64,000 bases of DNA from Coriobacteriia bacterium (lineage in GTDB: Bacteria; Actinomycetota; Coriobacteriia; Anaerosomatales; JAJZPX01), in NCBI GenBank assembly GCA_036504755.1, contig DASXUP010000007.1, positions 209,687-273,686 on the forward strand, given 5' to 3'. Positions 19,437 through 31,626 of the stretch are shown piece by piece. Numbering within the stretch: the stretch's first letter is position 1; every line of letters begins with the position of its first letter. The notes under the pieces are model-generated. The model was given only the letters and a program-made list of their open reading frames with translations. It had not been told where the DNA came from and did not search any database. The position numbers were made by a program, and so were the translations under genes.

Positions 19437-20309
19437 CTACGGCAACGTCGTATCCAGCGACCGGCTCGCATCACCCGACGGCATATCGGCCGAGGAAGGA
19501 ACGGACAGCGCGGGAAGATCACCCAGCCACTTGCCGCGGATCGCGTCCAGCACACCGGTGGCGGCGAGCTCGTCCATCGCCTCGCGCGCTGAAGGCTCGA
19601 CCGCGGCTGCGTCCTTGGCGACCATGAGCGCGAGCGGGCCCGCATCCGCGAGCTGACCCGCGTAGAGCAGCGACGGGAACTCCCGGCGGATGTAGCCGGC
19701 CACGATGGCGTCGCCGGCCACCGCGTCGGCCTTGCCCGACTTGACCGCGTTGAAGGCATCCCGCAAGGCCGGGAACACCATCAGCCGCTCCTCGCCCACT
19801 TTCGCCCGCAGCAGCCAGAAGGCCGGCGACCCCTTCTGGACCGCCACGCGCAGCCGGTCGAGGTCTTGCACGGTGACCGAGGCGCCCGGGGAGAACAGCA
19901 CCGGAGCGTCGGCGAGGTAACTGGTGGCGACGGTGACCTCGGAGAGCGCCGCCTGCGTGATGGGCACTCCGCCGAGGGCGACGTCCACGCGCTTCTCTCG
20001 CAGAGCCGCGCCGATGCCGGTGACCGGGACGTCGACGAACTCGGCCTTGAGCCCCAGCTGCGCGGCGAGGGCGGCGCCGACGTCGGCGTCCAGTCCGATC
20101 ACCTGGCCGCCGTCGAGCGACGCGAACGGCGGGTAGTGCTCGTCCACAGCGATGCGCAGGACACCCTGTCTCGCGATCGCCGGCGGGCGCAGCTTCGGCG
20201 TGACCGGCCGAGTGCGCATCGGACCGCCGGCGCAGCCGGACAGCGCCAGCAGCGCGGCCAGACCGAGCGCCGCGAGCGTTCCCGATAGCCGAAGGTGCCT
20301 GCCCGTCAC
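19437..20309 (-). CDS. Second substrate-binding lipoprotein (family 3), heads the ABC operon
   Basis: GTG start with GAGGTGAGG upstream, lipobox LALSGCAG, and LRIAVDEHYPPFA / GLDADV patterns. Confidence 0.85.
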   Translation of the reverse strand: MTGRHLRLSGTLAALGLAALLALSGCAGGPMRTRPVTPKLRPPAIARQGVLRIAVDEHYPPFASLDGGQVIGLDADVGAALAAQLGLKAEFVDVPVTGIGAALREKRVDVALGGVPITQAALSEVTVATSYLADAPVLFSPGASVTVQDLDRLRVAVQKGSPAFWLLRAKVGEERLMVFPALRDAFNAVKSGKADAVAGDAIVAGYIRREFPSLLYAGQLADAGPLALMVAKDAAAVEPSAREAMDELAATGVLDAIRGKWLGDLPALSVPSSADMPSGDASRSLDTTLP

Positions 20310-20326
20310 ACCTCACCTCTCGCAGA

Positions 20327-20598
20327 CTCGAAGGAAGCGCTTCCGCCCGGCTGACCTGGTCTTTGGCCCCACACTCGCGCACGGGGGCTTCCGCTTGATG
20401 CTATCTCACTACCGGCCCTCTCGCCCGAGACCGCTGTATGCGGTCTTCATCGGGCGGTGCGACTTACCCCTAAGATGCGCCATGCTCGCGCGACGACCCG
20501 GGGGCCGCCGGCTTACGTGGGTCCTTTCGGCCGCATCTACCTTGGACTAGGGCGCTCGAGGCGCCCGCAACCACAGACCCGGGCGGAAGCACTTCGAG
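20327..20598 (-). ncRNA. Candidate structured ncRNA or leader of about 270 nt downstream of comFC (raiA-motif-like genomic position; identity unverified)
   Basis: The 320-nt gap has no credible ORF. On the minus strand, 20578-20598 (CUCGAAGUGCUUCCGCCCGGG) pairs with 20327-20350 (CCGGGCGGAAGCGCUUCCUUCGAG) as 12 plus 7 bp around a bulge. The enclosed region has local hairpins at 20550-20566 and 20428-20446, and further nested GC helices are possible. Confidence 0.4.
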
Positions 20599-20630
20599 TA
20601 TAACCCGAGCAAACGACACGCCGTCGGCGC

Positions 20631-21311
20631 TCACCACTCACATGCCCTCGCGACGGCCGCGACGCGCACCTCGGCCGCGCCAGCCGCGAGCAGCACGCGC
20701 GCTGCCGCATCGAGAGTCGCGCCCGTGGTGAGCACGTCGTCCACGATAAGCACGCGCGAAGGCACGACGATCCCCGGCCGAGGCGCGAGGCCGCGCGCGA
20801 CGTTCGCGGCCCGCTGCTCGCGCCCCAGGCGGCGCTGGTCTCCCTTCGCCGCGGACACGAGCGCCGCAAGGCGCGCGATGGAGAGCTCGGAGGCGAGCGA
20901 GTCGGCGAGCGCCGCGCCGTGGTCGAATCCGCGGCGCAACATCGCCGAGCGCGAGGCCGGGATCCCGGCCACCGCGTCCGGCCACGCCGTCCAGTCGGCG
21001 AGCGCCTCCACGAGCAGCGTCGCGAGCACCGGCGCGAGCCGGCGCTCCCCGCCGTCCTTGTAGAGCACGACGAGGCGGGCCAGCGGGTGCGTCAGGACGG
21101 CCGCGCAGCGCGCCCCCGCGAACGCGTACGTCCGCCCGTCGCACTCCGAGCAGTGGCGGGCGCCGTCCGGGGCGCCGCAGAGCGGACAGGCCGCCGCGGT
21201 CGCGACGCGCACGATCGCGCGCCTGCAGCGCTCGCACAGCAGCACCCCCGGCAGGTCGCAACCGGCGCATCGCGTGGGTGCGAGCAGCTCGAGCAGCCCT
21301 CCGAGCAGCAA
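20631..21311 (-). CDS. comFC: ComF family protein (ComFC, phosphoribosyltransferase-like)
   Basis: N-terminal double Cys pairs (CAGCDL...CERC, CPLCGAP...CSEC) and a C-terminal PRTase motif VLIVDDVLTTGATL. Confidence 0.85.
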   Translation of the reverse strand: MLLGGLLELLAPTRCAGCDLPGVLLCERCRRAIVRVATAAACPLCGAPDGARHCSECDGRTYAFAGARCAAVLTHPLARLVVLYKDGGERRLAPVLATLLVEALADWTAWPDAVAGIPASRSAMLRRGFDHGAALADSLASELSIARLAALVSAAKGDQRRLGREQRAANVARGLAPRPGIVVPSRVLIVDDVLTTGATLDAAARVLLAAGAAEVRVAAVARACEW

Positions 21312-21336
21312 CCCGGCCCCCTTCGGCAGGCGGACT

Positions 21337-22245
21337 TCAGCGCACGAGCGCCTGCGCGAGAGGGAGGCTGACGATCGCGGCCGCAGTCGTCACGATCGCG
21401 GCCGAGGCGATCAGGTCGCGGTCGAGGTGGAACCTTTCGCCGAAGACGAGCGACAGCAGCATCGTCGGCATCCCGGCCTGCAGCACCACGAGACGCACCG
21501 CGGACGGGTCGCCCGCGAGCACCACGCGCCCGAGCGCGAGCGCGGCGAGCGGCAGCAGCAGCAACTTGACGGCCGCTACCGCCGCGACCGGCACGGCATT
21601 CCGTCCGAGCGCATGCAGCCTCAGCGACAGCCCCAGCGAGATCATGATGAGCGGCACCACCAGTCTGGCGAGCAGGTCTAACCAATCGCTAACCACGACC
21701 GGAACCGCGACCGGCTTGAGCGCGAGCGCGAGCACCAGCGCGATGACCGCCGGGAACGACGCCAGCTCGCGCAGCAACCTCGGCCGTTCGTCCGACGCAC
21801 CGAAAGACGCCGCCACGGCGATGCCGACCGTCAGCAGCACGCCGACGGTACCGAACACGTCGTAGAAGACGGCCTTCACGAGCCCCGAGGATCCGAGCAG
21901 GCCGAGGGCGACCGGGTATCCTATGTAGCCGGTGTTGCCCAGGGCGGAGGTGAGCATGAGCGCTCCGGCGGCCGGCCGCGAAAGGCGCAGCAGGCGCGAC
22001 GCGGCATAACCGAGCGCCAGGCCCAGCAGCGCGACGACCCACGCGACGGCGGCGACGACGGCGAGCTCCCACCCCAAAGGCGCGGGGTGGACCGCCTGGA
22101 AGATGAGCGCGGGCAAGCCGGCGTAGATGATGACGCTGTTGATGGGGCGCGCGTCTTCGGGCGAGAGTAGACCGGACGCGCGCAGTGCGACCCCCACGGC
22201 GACCAGCGCCAGCAGCTTGCCGATCACGACGGCGAGCGCGGCCAT
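21337..22245 (-). CDS. AEC (auxin efflux carrier) family transporter
   Basis: Polytopic protein with an MAALAVVIGKLLALVAVGVALRASGLL...INSVIIYAGLPALIF pattern. The start is trimmed to the ATG at 22245. Confidence 0.8.
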   Translation of the reverse strand: MAALAVVIGKLLALVAVGVALRASGLLSPEDARPINSVIIYAGLPALIFQAVHPAPLGWELAVVAAVAWVVALLGLALGYAASRLLRLSRPAAGALMLTSALGNTGYIGYPVALGLLGSSGLVKAVFYDVFGTVGVLLTVGIAVAASFGASDERPRLLRELASFPAVIALVLALALKPVAVPVVVSDWLDLLARLVVPLIMISLGLSLRLHALGRNAVPVAAVAAVKLLLLPLAALALGRVVLAGDPSAVRLVVLQAGMPTMLLSLVFGERFHLDRDLIASAAIVTTAAAIVSLPLAQALVR

Positions 22246-22274
22246 CGACAAGCTCCCGCCCCCTCCCGCGCGCC

Positions 22275-23498
<1,224 letters not shown>

Positions 23499-23499
23499 G

Positions 23500-25600
<2,101 letters not shown>

Positions 25601-25604
<4 letters not shown>

Positions 25605-26722
25605 CGGCGTCTCCCTCCCGCGTAATGCGCGACGGCGTCGACGAGCCGCCGCGTGTTCTCGCGCACGTCGTTCGCCGCCGCCGCCCTCTCGCAGCACTCG
25701 GCGAAGTGAGCCTTGCCCGCCGCGATCACGTCGCCGATGGCCTCTCCGAAGCCCTCGGCGTCCGCGGGCGCGACGAGACGGCCGCAGCCGTCCGGGACGA
25801 CCTCGGGGATCCCGCCGACGCGACTCGCGACGACCGGCGTGCCGCACGCCATCGCCTCCAGCAGCACGACGCCCAGCGCCTCGAAAACGCTCGGCAGCAC
25901 GAAGACGTCGGCGGCGCTCATCGCGGCGGCGAGCTCGGCCGGCGGCAGCACGCCCAGGAAGCGCACGGCATCCGCGAGTCCACGCTCGGCGACGTCGGCC
26001 TCGACGACTGCGCGGCGGCCCTCCGGGTCACCTCCGGCGAGCAGCAGCAGGTCCGCGCGGCCCGCGTCGTGCGCGAGCGCGAACGCGGCGATGAGCGTCC
26101 CGGCGTCCTTGCGCGGTATGAAGTTGCCCGCGAAGAGCGCGGTGCGCGCCTCGGCAGGGATGCCGAGCGCGGTGCGGGCATCGCCTGCCGGGCGGAAGAC
26201 CGCGCGGTCCACCCCCATGTTGACGACGAACGTAGGTACCCGCCGAGGAAGCGCGAGCTCGTCCCGCACCTCCCGCTCGATGGCCTCCGACACGCACACG
26301 ACGAGCGCGGCGTGCGGTAGCGCGGCTCGGCAGCGGGCGGCTACCGCGTCGCGACGCTGCGCCGAGCGCACGTCCGTGCCGTGGACGACCAGCACGTACG
26401 GTTTGCGGGAGATGCGCGAGGCGACGCGAGCGAACCACGCGGTCGGATACAGGTAGTGCGCGACGATGACGTCGAACCCGCCGCGCAGGGCGGCGAGGGA
26501 AGCGCGGGCGAGCATGAACGCGTACTTCATCGCGTTCACGACGGGTCCGGTGCGCCACTGGGTGTTCCGCACGAGCCGGAACCGCACTCCGAGCTCCGCC
26601 AGGGCGCTCTCCTGCTTGGCGATGAACGCGCCGAACATCGGGTTGTCCGGCGCCGGGTACATGTTGCTGATGACGAGCAGCGCGGGTGCCGGAGTCCCGG
26701 CGGCGCGTGCCTCCTCGGCCAT
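25601..26722 (-). CDS. Glycosyltransferase family 4 (GT-B, retaining)
   Basis: EX7E-type motif FVLPSVFEALGVVLLEAMACGTPVVAS, with a typical GT4 N-terminal domain. Confidence 0.85.
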
Positions 26723-27187
26723 CTACTTACCGGTCTCCTTGATCGACAGCACCTTGGCCTCGCAGTACGCCAGCGTCGAGACGAGCTTGAAGTCCGAGTT
26801 GACCCACACCGGCTCGCCGTCGAAGCGGTAGCCGTCCTGCGTCATCACCGGCGAACCAGCGACGGTGACACGGATGTCCACCTGGTCGGGCACCTCGGCA
26901 GCCACCAGCTGCCCGGCGGCGGTCGGCGTGGGCTGGAGCATCGGCGTCGCCTCGACCGCCGTGATCTTGCCGAGGAGGCTGCCTGTGTCCTTGATGCGCA
27001 CCGGGTCGCCGATGCGGAAAGCCTTGACGAGCGCCGGGTCCGCCTCGGTGACGATGAACGTCAGCTCGACCTTCGCGGGTTGCCCCGAGGGCGCGCCGGC
27101 GCCGCGCAGGCGGCGGCATCCGACGATCTGGGACCCCGCGACGAGTACGGCGGCCACGAGGACGAGGGTCAGAAGGCGTCTCTTCAC
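26723..27187 (-). CDS. DUF4330-like membrane-anchored protein (copy 1)
   Basis: The GTG at 27187 has GAAGGAG upstream and forms a GTGA overlap with the upstream stop. There is an N-terminal TM/lipobox-like segment (LVAGSQIVGC) followed by a beta-rich domain (VELTFIVTEADPALVKAFRIGDPVRIKDTGSLLGKITAVE). It is a paralog of 28514-28984. Confidence 0.55.
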   Translation of the reverse strand: MKRRLLTLVLVAAVLVAGSQIVGCRRLRGAGAPSGQPAKVELTFIVTEADPALVKAFRIGDPVRIKDTGSLLGKITAVEATPMLQPTPTAAGQLVAAEVPDQVDIRVTVAGSPVMTQDGYRFDGEPVWVNSDFKLVSTLAYCEAKVLSIKETGK

Positions 27188-28524
27188 TGCTGCTCCTTCG
27201 GATCCGGTGCGAGGGGCGCTGCCGCGCGACCGACGGTCATGTCGATGACGGCGACGGCCATCGCGATGACGATCGCCGCGATGGCGTGCGGATTGTGAAC
27301 GCCGACGTTGACGGCGTGAACGGCGTAGCTCGCGTACGTCACGAGGAACGGTATCAGCCACCTGGCCGCGGCCGCCTGAGCCTGCAGGTACCCGAAGAGC
27401 AGCCCGAGCAGCAGCATCTGGATCACCACACCCGGCACGCCGAGGTCGGCGTATGCGGCGCCGAGCATCGTCGGGGCTAGGCTCACCGACCGGTCGATGA
27501 TCTGGTCGCCGATGATGAAGTACTTCCGCCCGCCAAGGAATCGCCCGAGCTGATAGTTCGCGTAGTCGGGCTTCGGGCCGAGGAAGAGCACGTGCGGAAC
27601 GCCGGCTAGGATGCTGTCGCGCAGGAGGCCGCCTCGGTAGACGCCGGTCGAGGGAGTCATCTGGACGATCCGGTCGAGGTTGCTCACGGTGCTCGCGCTG
27701 TCCGAGTACGTCAGCCCGAGAGCGACCTTGGCGCTAGCGGCCGCGCCGTAGATGCCCTGCTTGCTGACCGCGCCGACGACGCCTACGGCGACCACGAGCA
27801 GGATCAGGAACGCGATCGCCACGCGCCACAGGTTCTTCGGCTTGACGACGTACACGCTCGCGAGGAAGGCGGCGATGATGAGCTTCGCCGGCATGTGCCG
27901 GGCTCCCAGCGTCGCGAGCGCGGCCGTCGACACGAAGAACAGCGCGATCGACAGCGCGAACTGCCACCGGCGCCGCGACGCCACCATCAGCGCGGGCACG
28001 AAGAAGATCTGCCCCAGCGCGACGAACACGATCATCGGGCTCTGGCTCCAGCGCGCGGCGATGTTCGTCAGGCTGATGCCGCCGATGACGTCTTGGGCGA
28101 CGTTCGCGCCGAAGCAGACCAGCCAGCCGAGGAGCGCGAGCGTGTACGCGGCGCCGAGTGTTCGCAGCAACGGGAGTCCCTCGATCCTCCGCCACCAAGA
28201 GCGCAAGCGATCCGCGAAGGCGCGCATTCCCTCGCCGACCGCGAGCTTCCCGACGCGCCCGGCCAGAAGGCGCCCTCCCAGGAAGCCGCACACGATGACC
28301 ACCGCCGCGTAGAAGTACAGCGCGACAGTGAACGGGGTCGGCCGGAAGCCCATGATCCGCGTGCCGAGGTTCATCAGCTCCCAGTAGGCGTACTTGTAGA
28401 TGCCGGAGTACACGAGCGAGAAGTACGCGAAGTAGATGACCATCAGCACGGAGAACGGCGACAGCAGCGTCCGCGCGAGCGAGCGCTGCGACGGCACCTC
28501 GGAAGGCACGGTGCTAGCGGACAT
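27184..28524 (-). CDS. Polytopic membrane protein, probable oligosaccharide repeat-unit polymerase (Wzy-like)
   Basis: About 10-12 hydrophobic segments and a large loop, set in a glycan-assembly context. There is no strongly diagnostic motif, so the call rests on architecture. Confidence 0.5.
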   Translation of the reverse strand: MSASTVPSEVPSQRSLARTLLSPFSVLMVIYFAYFSLVYSGIYKYAYWELMNLGTRIMGFRPTPFTVALYFYAAVVIVCGFLGGRLLAGRVGKLAVGEGMRAFADRLRSWWRRIEGLPLLRTLGAAYTLALLGWLVCFGANVAQDVIGGISLTNIAARWSQSPMIVFVALGQIFFVPALMVASRRRWQFALSIALFFVSTAALATLGARHMPAKLIIAAFLASVYVVKPKNLWRVAIAFLILLVVAVGVVGAVSKQGIYGAAASAKVALGLTYSDSASTVSNLDRIVQMTPSTGVYRGGLLRDSILAGVPHVLFLGPKPDYANYQLGRFLGGRKYFIIGDQIIDRSVSLAPTMLGAAYADLGVPGVVIQMLLLGLLFGYLQAQAAAARWLIPFLVTYASYAVHAVNVGVHNPHAIAAIVIAMAVAVIDMTVGRAAAPLAPDPKEQQ

Positions 28525-28984
28525 CGAGGGACACCACCGTACCGCTGAGGTAGTACCGCTTCGAGATCAGGTTGATGAACTGTCCCGCCTGCACGACCTG
28601 CGTGTCGAGAACCACAAGCCCGTTGCCCTCACGGCCGCGCGCCTCGACCACGGTGTCGAGCTGCACGCTTGTCGGGTCGGCGTCGAGGTGGAGGCGGCCC
28701 TGGGCGTCGGGCACCGCTGTGGGCTGCGCCACGACCTTCACGCCCACCACCCTGCCGATCTCCAGACCGGCGGTGTCCGTGAACAGCGCGTCGCCGACCT
28801 TGACCTGCTCGGCGATCTCTCGCTCGATGTTGCGGTTCCGGATCGTGATGCGAACCGTCTTGGGCTGCGCCAGCTCCGCGCCGATGCCGAAGAAGCCCAG
28901 CGCGAGCCCGCCGGCGACCACGACGGTCGCGGTGATCGCGAAGGCGAGCATGAGGGGATTCCGGCGGCGGCCGTCGCTCTGCAT
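28514..28984 (-). CDS. DUF4330-like membrane-anchored protein (copy 2)
   Basis: Start placed at MQSDGRRRNPLMLAFAITATVVVAGG. The domain VRITIRNRNIEREIAEQVKVGDALFTDTAGLEIGRVVGVKV parallels copy 1. It overlaps the Wzy-like start by 11 nt. Confidence 0.55.
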   Translation of the reverse strand: MQSDGRRRNPLMLAFAITATVVVAGGLALGFFGIGAELAQPKTVRITIRNRNIEREIAEQVKVGDALFTDTAGLEIGRVVGVKVVAQPTAVPDAQGRLHLDADPTSVQLDTVVEARGREGNGLVVLDTQVVQAGQFINLISKRYYLSGTVVSLDVR

Positions 28985-29113
28985 GATCCGGCGGGGTCCT
29001 TTCGGCTGCACCACACGAGGAGTGCGACGCGCCGCTTGATGGCACGTCGCACGTCGGCATCGAATTCTATCCGTCCTTGCCGGGGCGAACAAGCAACGGC
29101 GCCGTGACGGGCG

Positions 29114-31504
29114 TCAGGGCAGAAGCGCCACTCCGACCTGTCCGCGCACGTACCCGCTGACCGCCACCGGACCTCCGACGAAGGTCACCTGCGGAGGCGA
29201 GGTGCGTCTGCCCGAGAGATAGGCCGCGGCTGCCGCCGAGCCCCCGATGTCCGCGCCGTTGACGAGGAGGACCGGATGCCGCCCGGCTCCGGCCAGCGGC
29301 GCGAGCGCGAGGGCGTCGGGGTAGTTCGTGCCGGTCGCGACGTAGAGCATGTCCCCGCCTAGGCCCGCTTGCGCGATTGCGTACTCGAGGATCCGCACGC
29401 AGGTGTCGAAGCGGGTCGGCCCCGCGAGACGCGCGTCGCCCGCCGCCCTGTGTCCGCCCGCCGCGAGCTGTCCGGCGATCCCGTCGCCGACCGCGGCCGC
29501 GCTGCCGAGGATGACCGCGTGCTTCACGCCCTGCTCGTCGAGTGCCTGGGCCGTCGACGGTGGGACGGTCTTCCCGACGAAGAGGATCGGCACGCCGAGG
29601 TGAGCGGCGATCGGGGCCGCGGACAGCGCGTCCGCGTAGTTGAGGCCCGTGGCGACGAACACCGTGTCGGCGAACGCCGGCGTCGGAGAGGGCCCGATCG
29701 CGCGGGCCACGAGCCGCGCCGTGTCGTAGCGGTCGGCTCCCGCGAGCATCACCGTCTCGACGGCCCGGCCGCCGGCCCCGGCTCGAGATATCGCAGCCCG
29801 CGCGGATGCGACGACGGACGGCGGCATCGCGCCGACGACGTACAGCTTCGCGGCCGGGGTGGCCGGGGCGGATCGATACAGCCTGTCCAGCTCCCCGAGG
29901 GCCGAGGCGGGAAGGCTAGAAGCGCCCGCGAGCACTATGGGCGCGTTCAGTCTGCCCGCCAGCGGGGCTGCTGCCAACGCGTCCGGGAACTTCGCCCCCG
30001 ACGTGAGCACGACCGCCCCGGACGTCGTGACGCCGCTGGGCCATCCCGCCTGCGAGATTGCGGCCGCCGTCGCGAAGCGGTCCGCACCGGCGAGCTCGCT
30101 CGACCCGGGCGGAGGCGACTTCGGCGACGCCACGAACACCTGCGGGCCTTGCCCGCGCCACGTCATCCCGCTGCCGCTGCCGTCCAGATAGCCGTCGCGA
30201 TAGACGGTCACGAACCCGCCTCCGAAGTAGTCGTAGTACCGGTAGCTGACGCGAACCCTCCAGCGGCCCGCGGACGCCGCCACACTCGGCTGCTTGCCGG
30301 CCGCCGCCGAGTAGCGCTCCCCCGGTGAAGTCGGGATCCACCCCTGCCGGTCGGTGATGTAGCACGAGTCGAACGGTGCGGACGCGCCTGGACGGAAGAA
30401 CTCCGCCTTCAGCTGCCCGCGCGCCTGGACCGTCCCTCCGTTGCTCACTCCCGCGGTCGTCCGGATGCGTCCGCCGCTGTAGTCGGCGTTCACGCTCACG
30501 CCCAAGTTCTTCCGGATCGGGCCGTAACCCTCCCGCGTGCCTGCCCACTTCACCGAGTTCACCAGCATGCGCACGGCGGCCGGCTGGCCGACGAGGTCGT
30601 AGAGCTGGAATCCGTACGCCACGACCTTGCCGAAGTAGTACGGCATCGCCCACGCAGCCATGTGAGTCGCGGCTCCGTACCCGTAGTTGTGCCTCTCGAT
30701 CCCGCCGCCGCCCGCCAGCGTCTCCCCGCTGAAGTTCATGAGCGACGTGACCGGCGCGTTCTTGATCGGCCACACCGTCTCGTTGTACTGCGCGCTCCCG
30801 TCGGTGAGCGAGAAGCTGTCATGACCCAGGTCGGTCGCGGTCATCTGGAGGATGGGATGCGTCGAGGGTGAGTTCCCGACGACCTGGTAGTTGGGGTAGA
30901 AGTACGGGTCGTTGCAGAACCTCGTGCCCAAGAGCTCCGATATCTCGCCGTACTCGAACGACTGCGACATCAGACTCGAGCCCGAGAAGCCCCACGCGAA
31001 GTTGAACTGGAAGTAGGGAGTGCCGTACGCGGAGTAGAAGCGGGGGTCTCCGTAGGGGCTCCTCTGCCCAGGGCGATAGTCGTAACGGGACGTGCTGAAC
31101 ATCGAGACCACACCGCCGCCCTCGGTCGCGTACTGCAGCAGGGCGAAGCGCTGCGACTCGATCATCGCCACGTCGCGGACCAGCACGACGACGTCGTAGG
31201 GGCGCAGAGCGGCCACGTTCGAGAGCTCCGCGTCGCCGATGATGGTCACGGCCATTCCGGGCTCGCGCCCCAGCAGGTCGGCCACCCGCGCGATCCGGGC
31301 CTCGTTGACGGAGCGCAGCGACCCGTCCGCACTCTTGTCCCCGTAGTTCGTGGCGGACGCCCCCAGTGCGATCTCGCTCCGAACGACCGCCACGTTGAGC
31401 GGCGCCGGCGCCGCGGCCGCGGGCCGGGGGGCGGTGGCGATGGGGAGCAGGAGCAGGACCGCGATCAGCGAGCACGCCGGAGCGGCCTTCAGTGAATGAC
31501 GCAT
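29114..31504 (-). CDS. Secreted cell-wall-anchored protein: signal peptide, ThuA/GATase1-like N-terminal domain, middle beta domain, three C-terminal CWB2 (cell wall binding repeat 2) modules
   Basis: Signal peptide MRHSLKAAPACSLIAVLLLLPIATAPRPAAA. Three repeats follow the pattern GADR(F/Y)xTAxxI ... (V/L)(V/A)TGxx(F/Y)(P/A)DAL(A/S)AAP(L/I)A ... P(I/V)(V/L)L(V/A), as in clostridial Cwp proteins. Confidence 0.8.
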   Translation of the reverse strand: MRHSLKAAPACSLIAVLLLLPIATAPRPAAAAPAPLNVAVVRSEIALGASATNYGDKSADGSLRSVNEARIARVADLLGREPGMAVTIIGDAELSNVAALRPYDVVVLVRDVAMIESQRFALLQYATEGGGVVSMFSTSRYDYRPGQRSPYGDPRFYSAYGTPYFQFNFAWGFSGSSLMSQSFEYGEISELLGTRFCNDPYFYPNYQVVGNSPSTHPILQMTATDLGHDSFSLTDGSAQYNETVWPIKNAPVTSLMNFSGETLAGGGGIERHNYGYGAATHMAAWAMPYYFGKVVAYGFQLYDLVGQPAAVRMLVNSVKWAGTREGYGPIRKNLGVSVNADYSGGRIRTTAGVSNGGTVQARGQLKAEFFRPGASAPFDSCYITDRQGWIPTSPGERYSAAAGKQPSVAASAGRWRVRVSYRYYDYFGGGFVTVYRDGYLDGSGSGMTWRGQGPQVFVASPKSPPPGSSELAGADRFATAAAISQAGWPSGVTTSGAVVLTSGAKFPDALAAAPLAGRLNAPIVLAGASSLPASALGELDRLYRSAPATPAAKLYVVGAMPPSVVASARAAISRAGAGGRAVETVMLAGADRYDTARLVARAIGPSPTPAFADTVFVATGLNYADALSAAPIAAHLGVPILFVGKTVPPSTAQALDEQGVKHAVILGSAAAVGDGIAGQLAAGGHRAAGDARLAGPTRFDTCVRILEYAIAQAGLGGDMLYVATGTNYPDALALAPLAGAGRHPVLLVNGADIGGSAAAAAYLSGRRTSPPQVTFVGGPVAVSGYVRGQVGVALLP

Positions 31505-31608
31505 GGGACGATGCCTCCCGACGGCGGGGATCCTACGTCGAGTGTATCGGAAGGTCGAGGGAGCGCCTTCAACCGAAGGCGACGAACGAGCCCGCTCGAG
31601 GAACGCAG

Positions 31609-31626
31609 CTATGGCTATGGCTATGG
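31609..31626 (-). repeat. Hexanucleotide triplet (CTATGG)x3 giving three in-frame TAG stops (TAG CCA TAG CCA TAG) at the end of the LCP gene
   Basis: Read directly: cta at 31621-31623, 31615-31617 and 31609-31611 on the plus strand, all in the LCP reading frame. Confidence 0.9.

Noticed and set aside
18506-19759. Over-extended N-termini in track ORFs, e.g. 18506-19759, 24786-25847, 33177-34619, 36159-37931, 39001-40557, 51339-52313, 56346-58235, 61055-62095 and 63206-63682.
   Set aside because: The extensions overlap the upstream gene, are compositionally non-coding, and each contains an internal start. That start has a Shine-Dalgarno sequence or a start/stop overlap, and its downstream sequence matches the expected family N-terminus.
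20330-20365. SRP (4.5S/scRNA) RNA, suggested by ACCAGGUCAGCCGGGCGGAAGC on the minus strand.
   Set aside because: The conserved domain IV sequence (GGUCCGGAAGGAAGCAGC, with the GGAA tetraloop and AGCA loop) is not present. The resemblance is limited to CCAGGUCAG, and the motif lies at the 3' end of the putative RNA rather than at a helix tip.
31604-31626. (CTATGG)x3 as a phase-variable microsatellite.
   Set aside because: There are only three units, and they start at the stop codon itself. Unit-number changes would not alter the LCP protein. I report it only as tandem in-frame stops.
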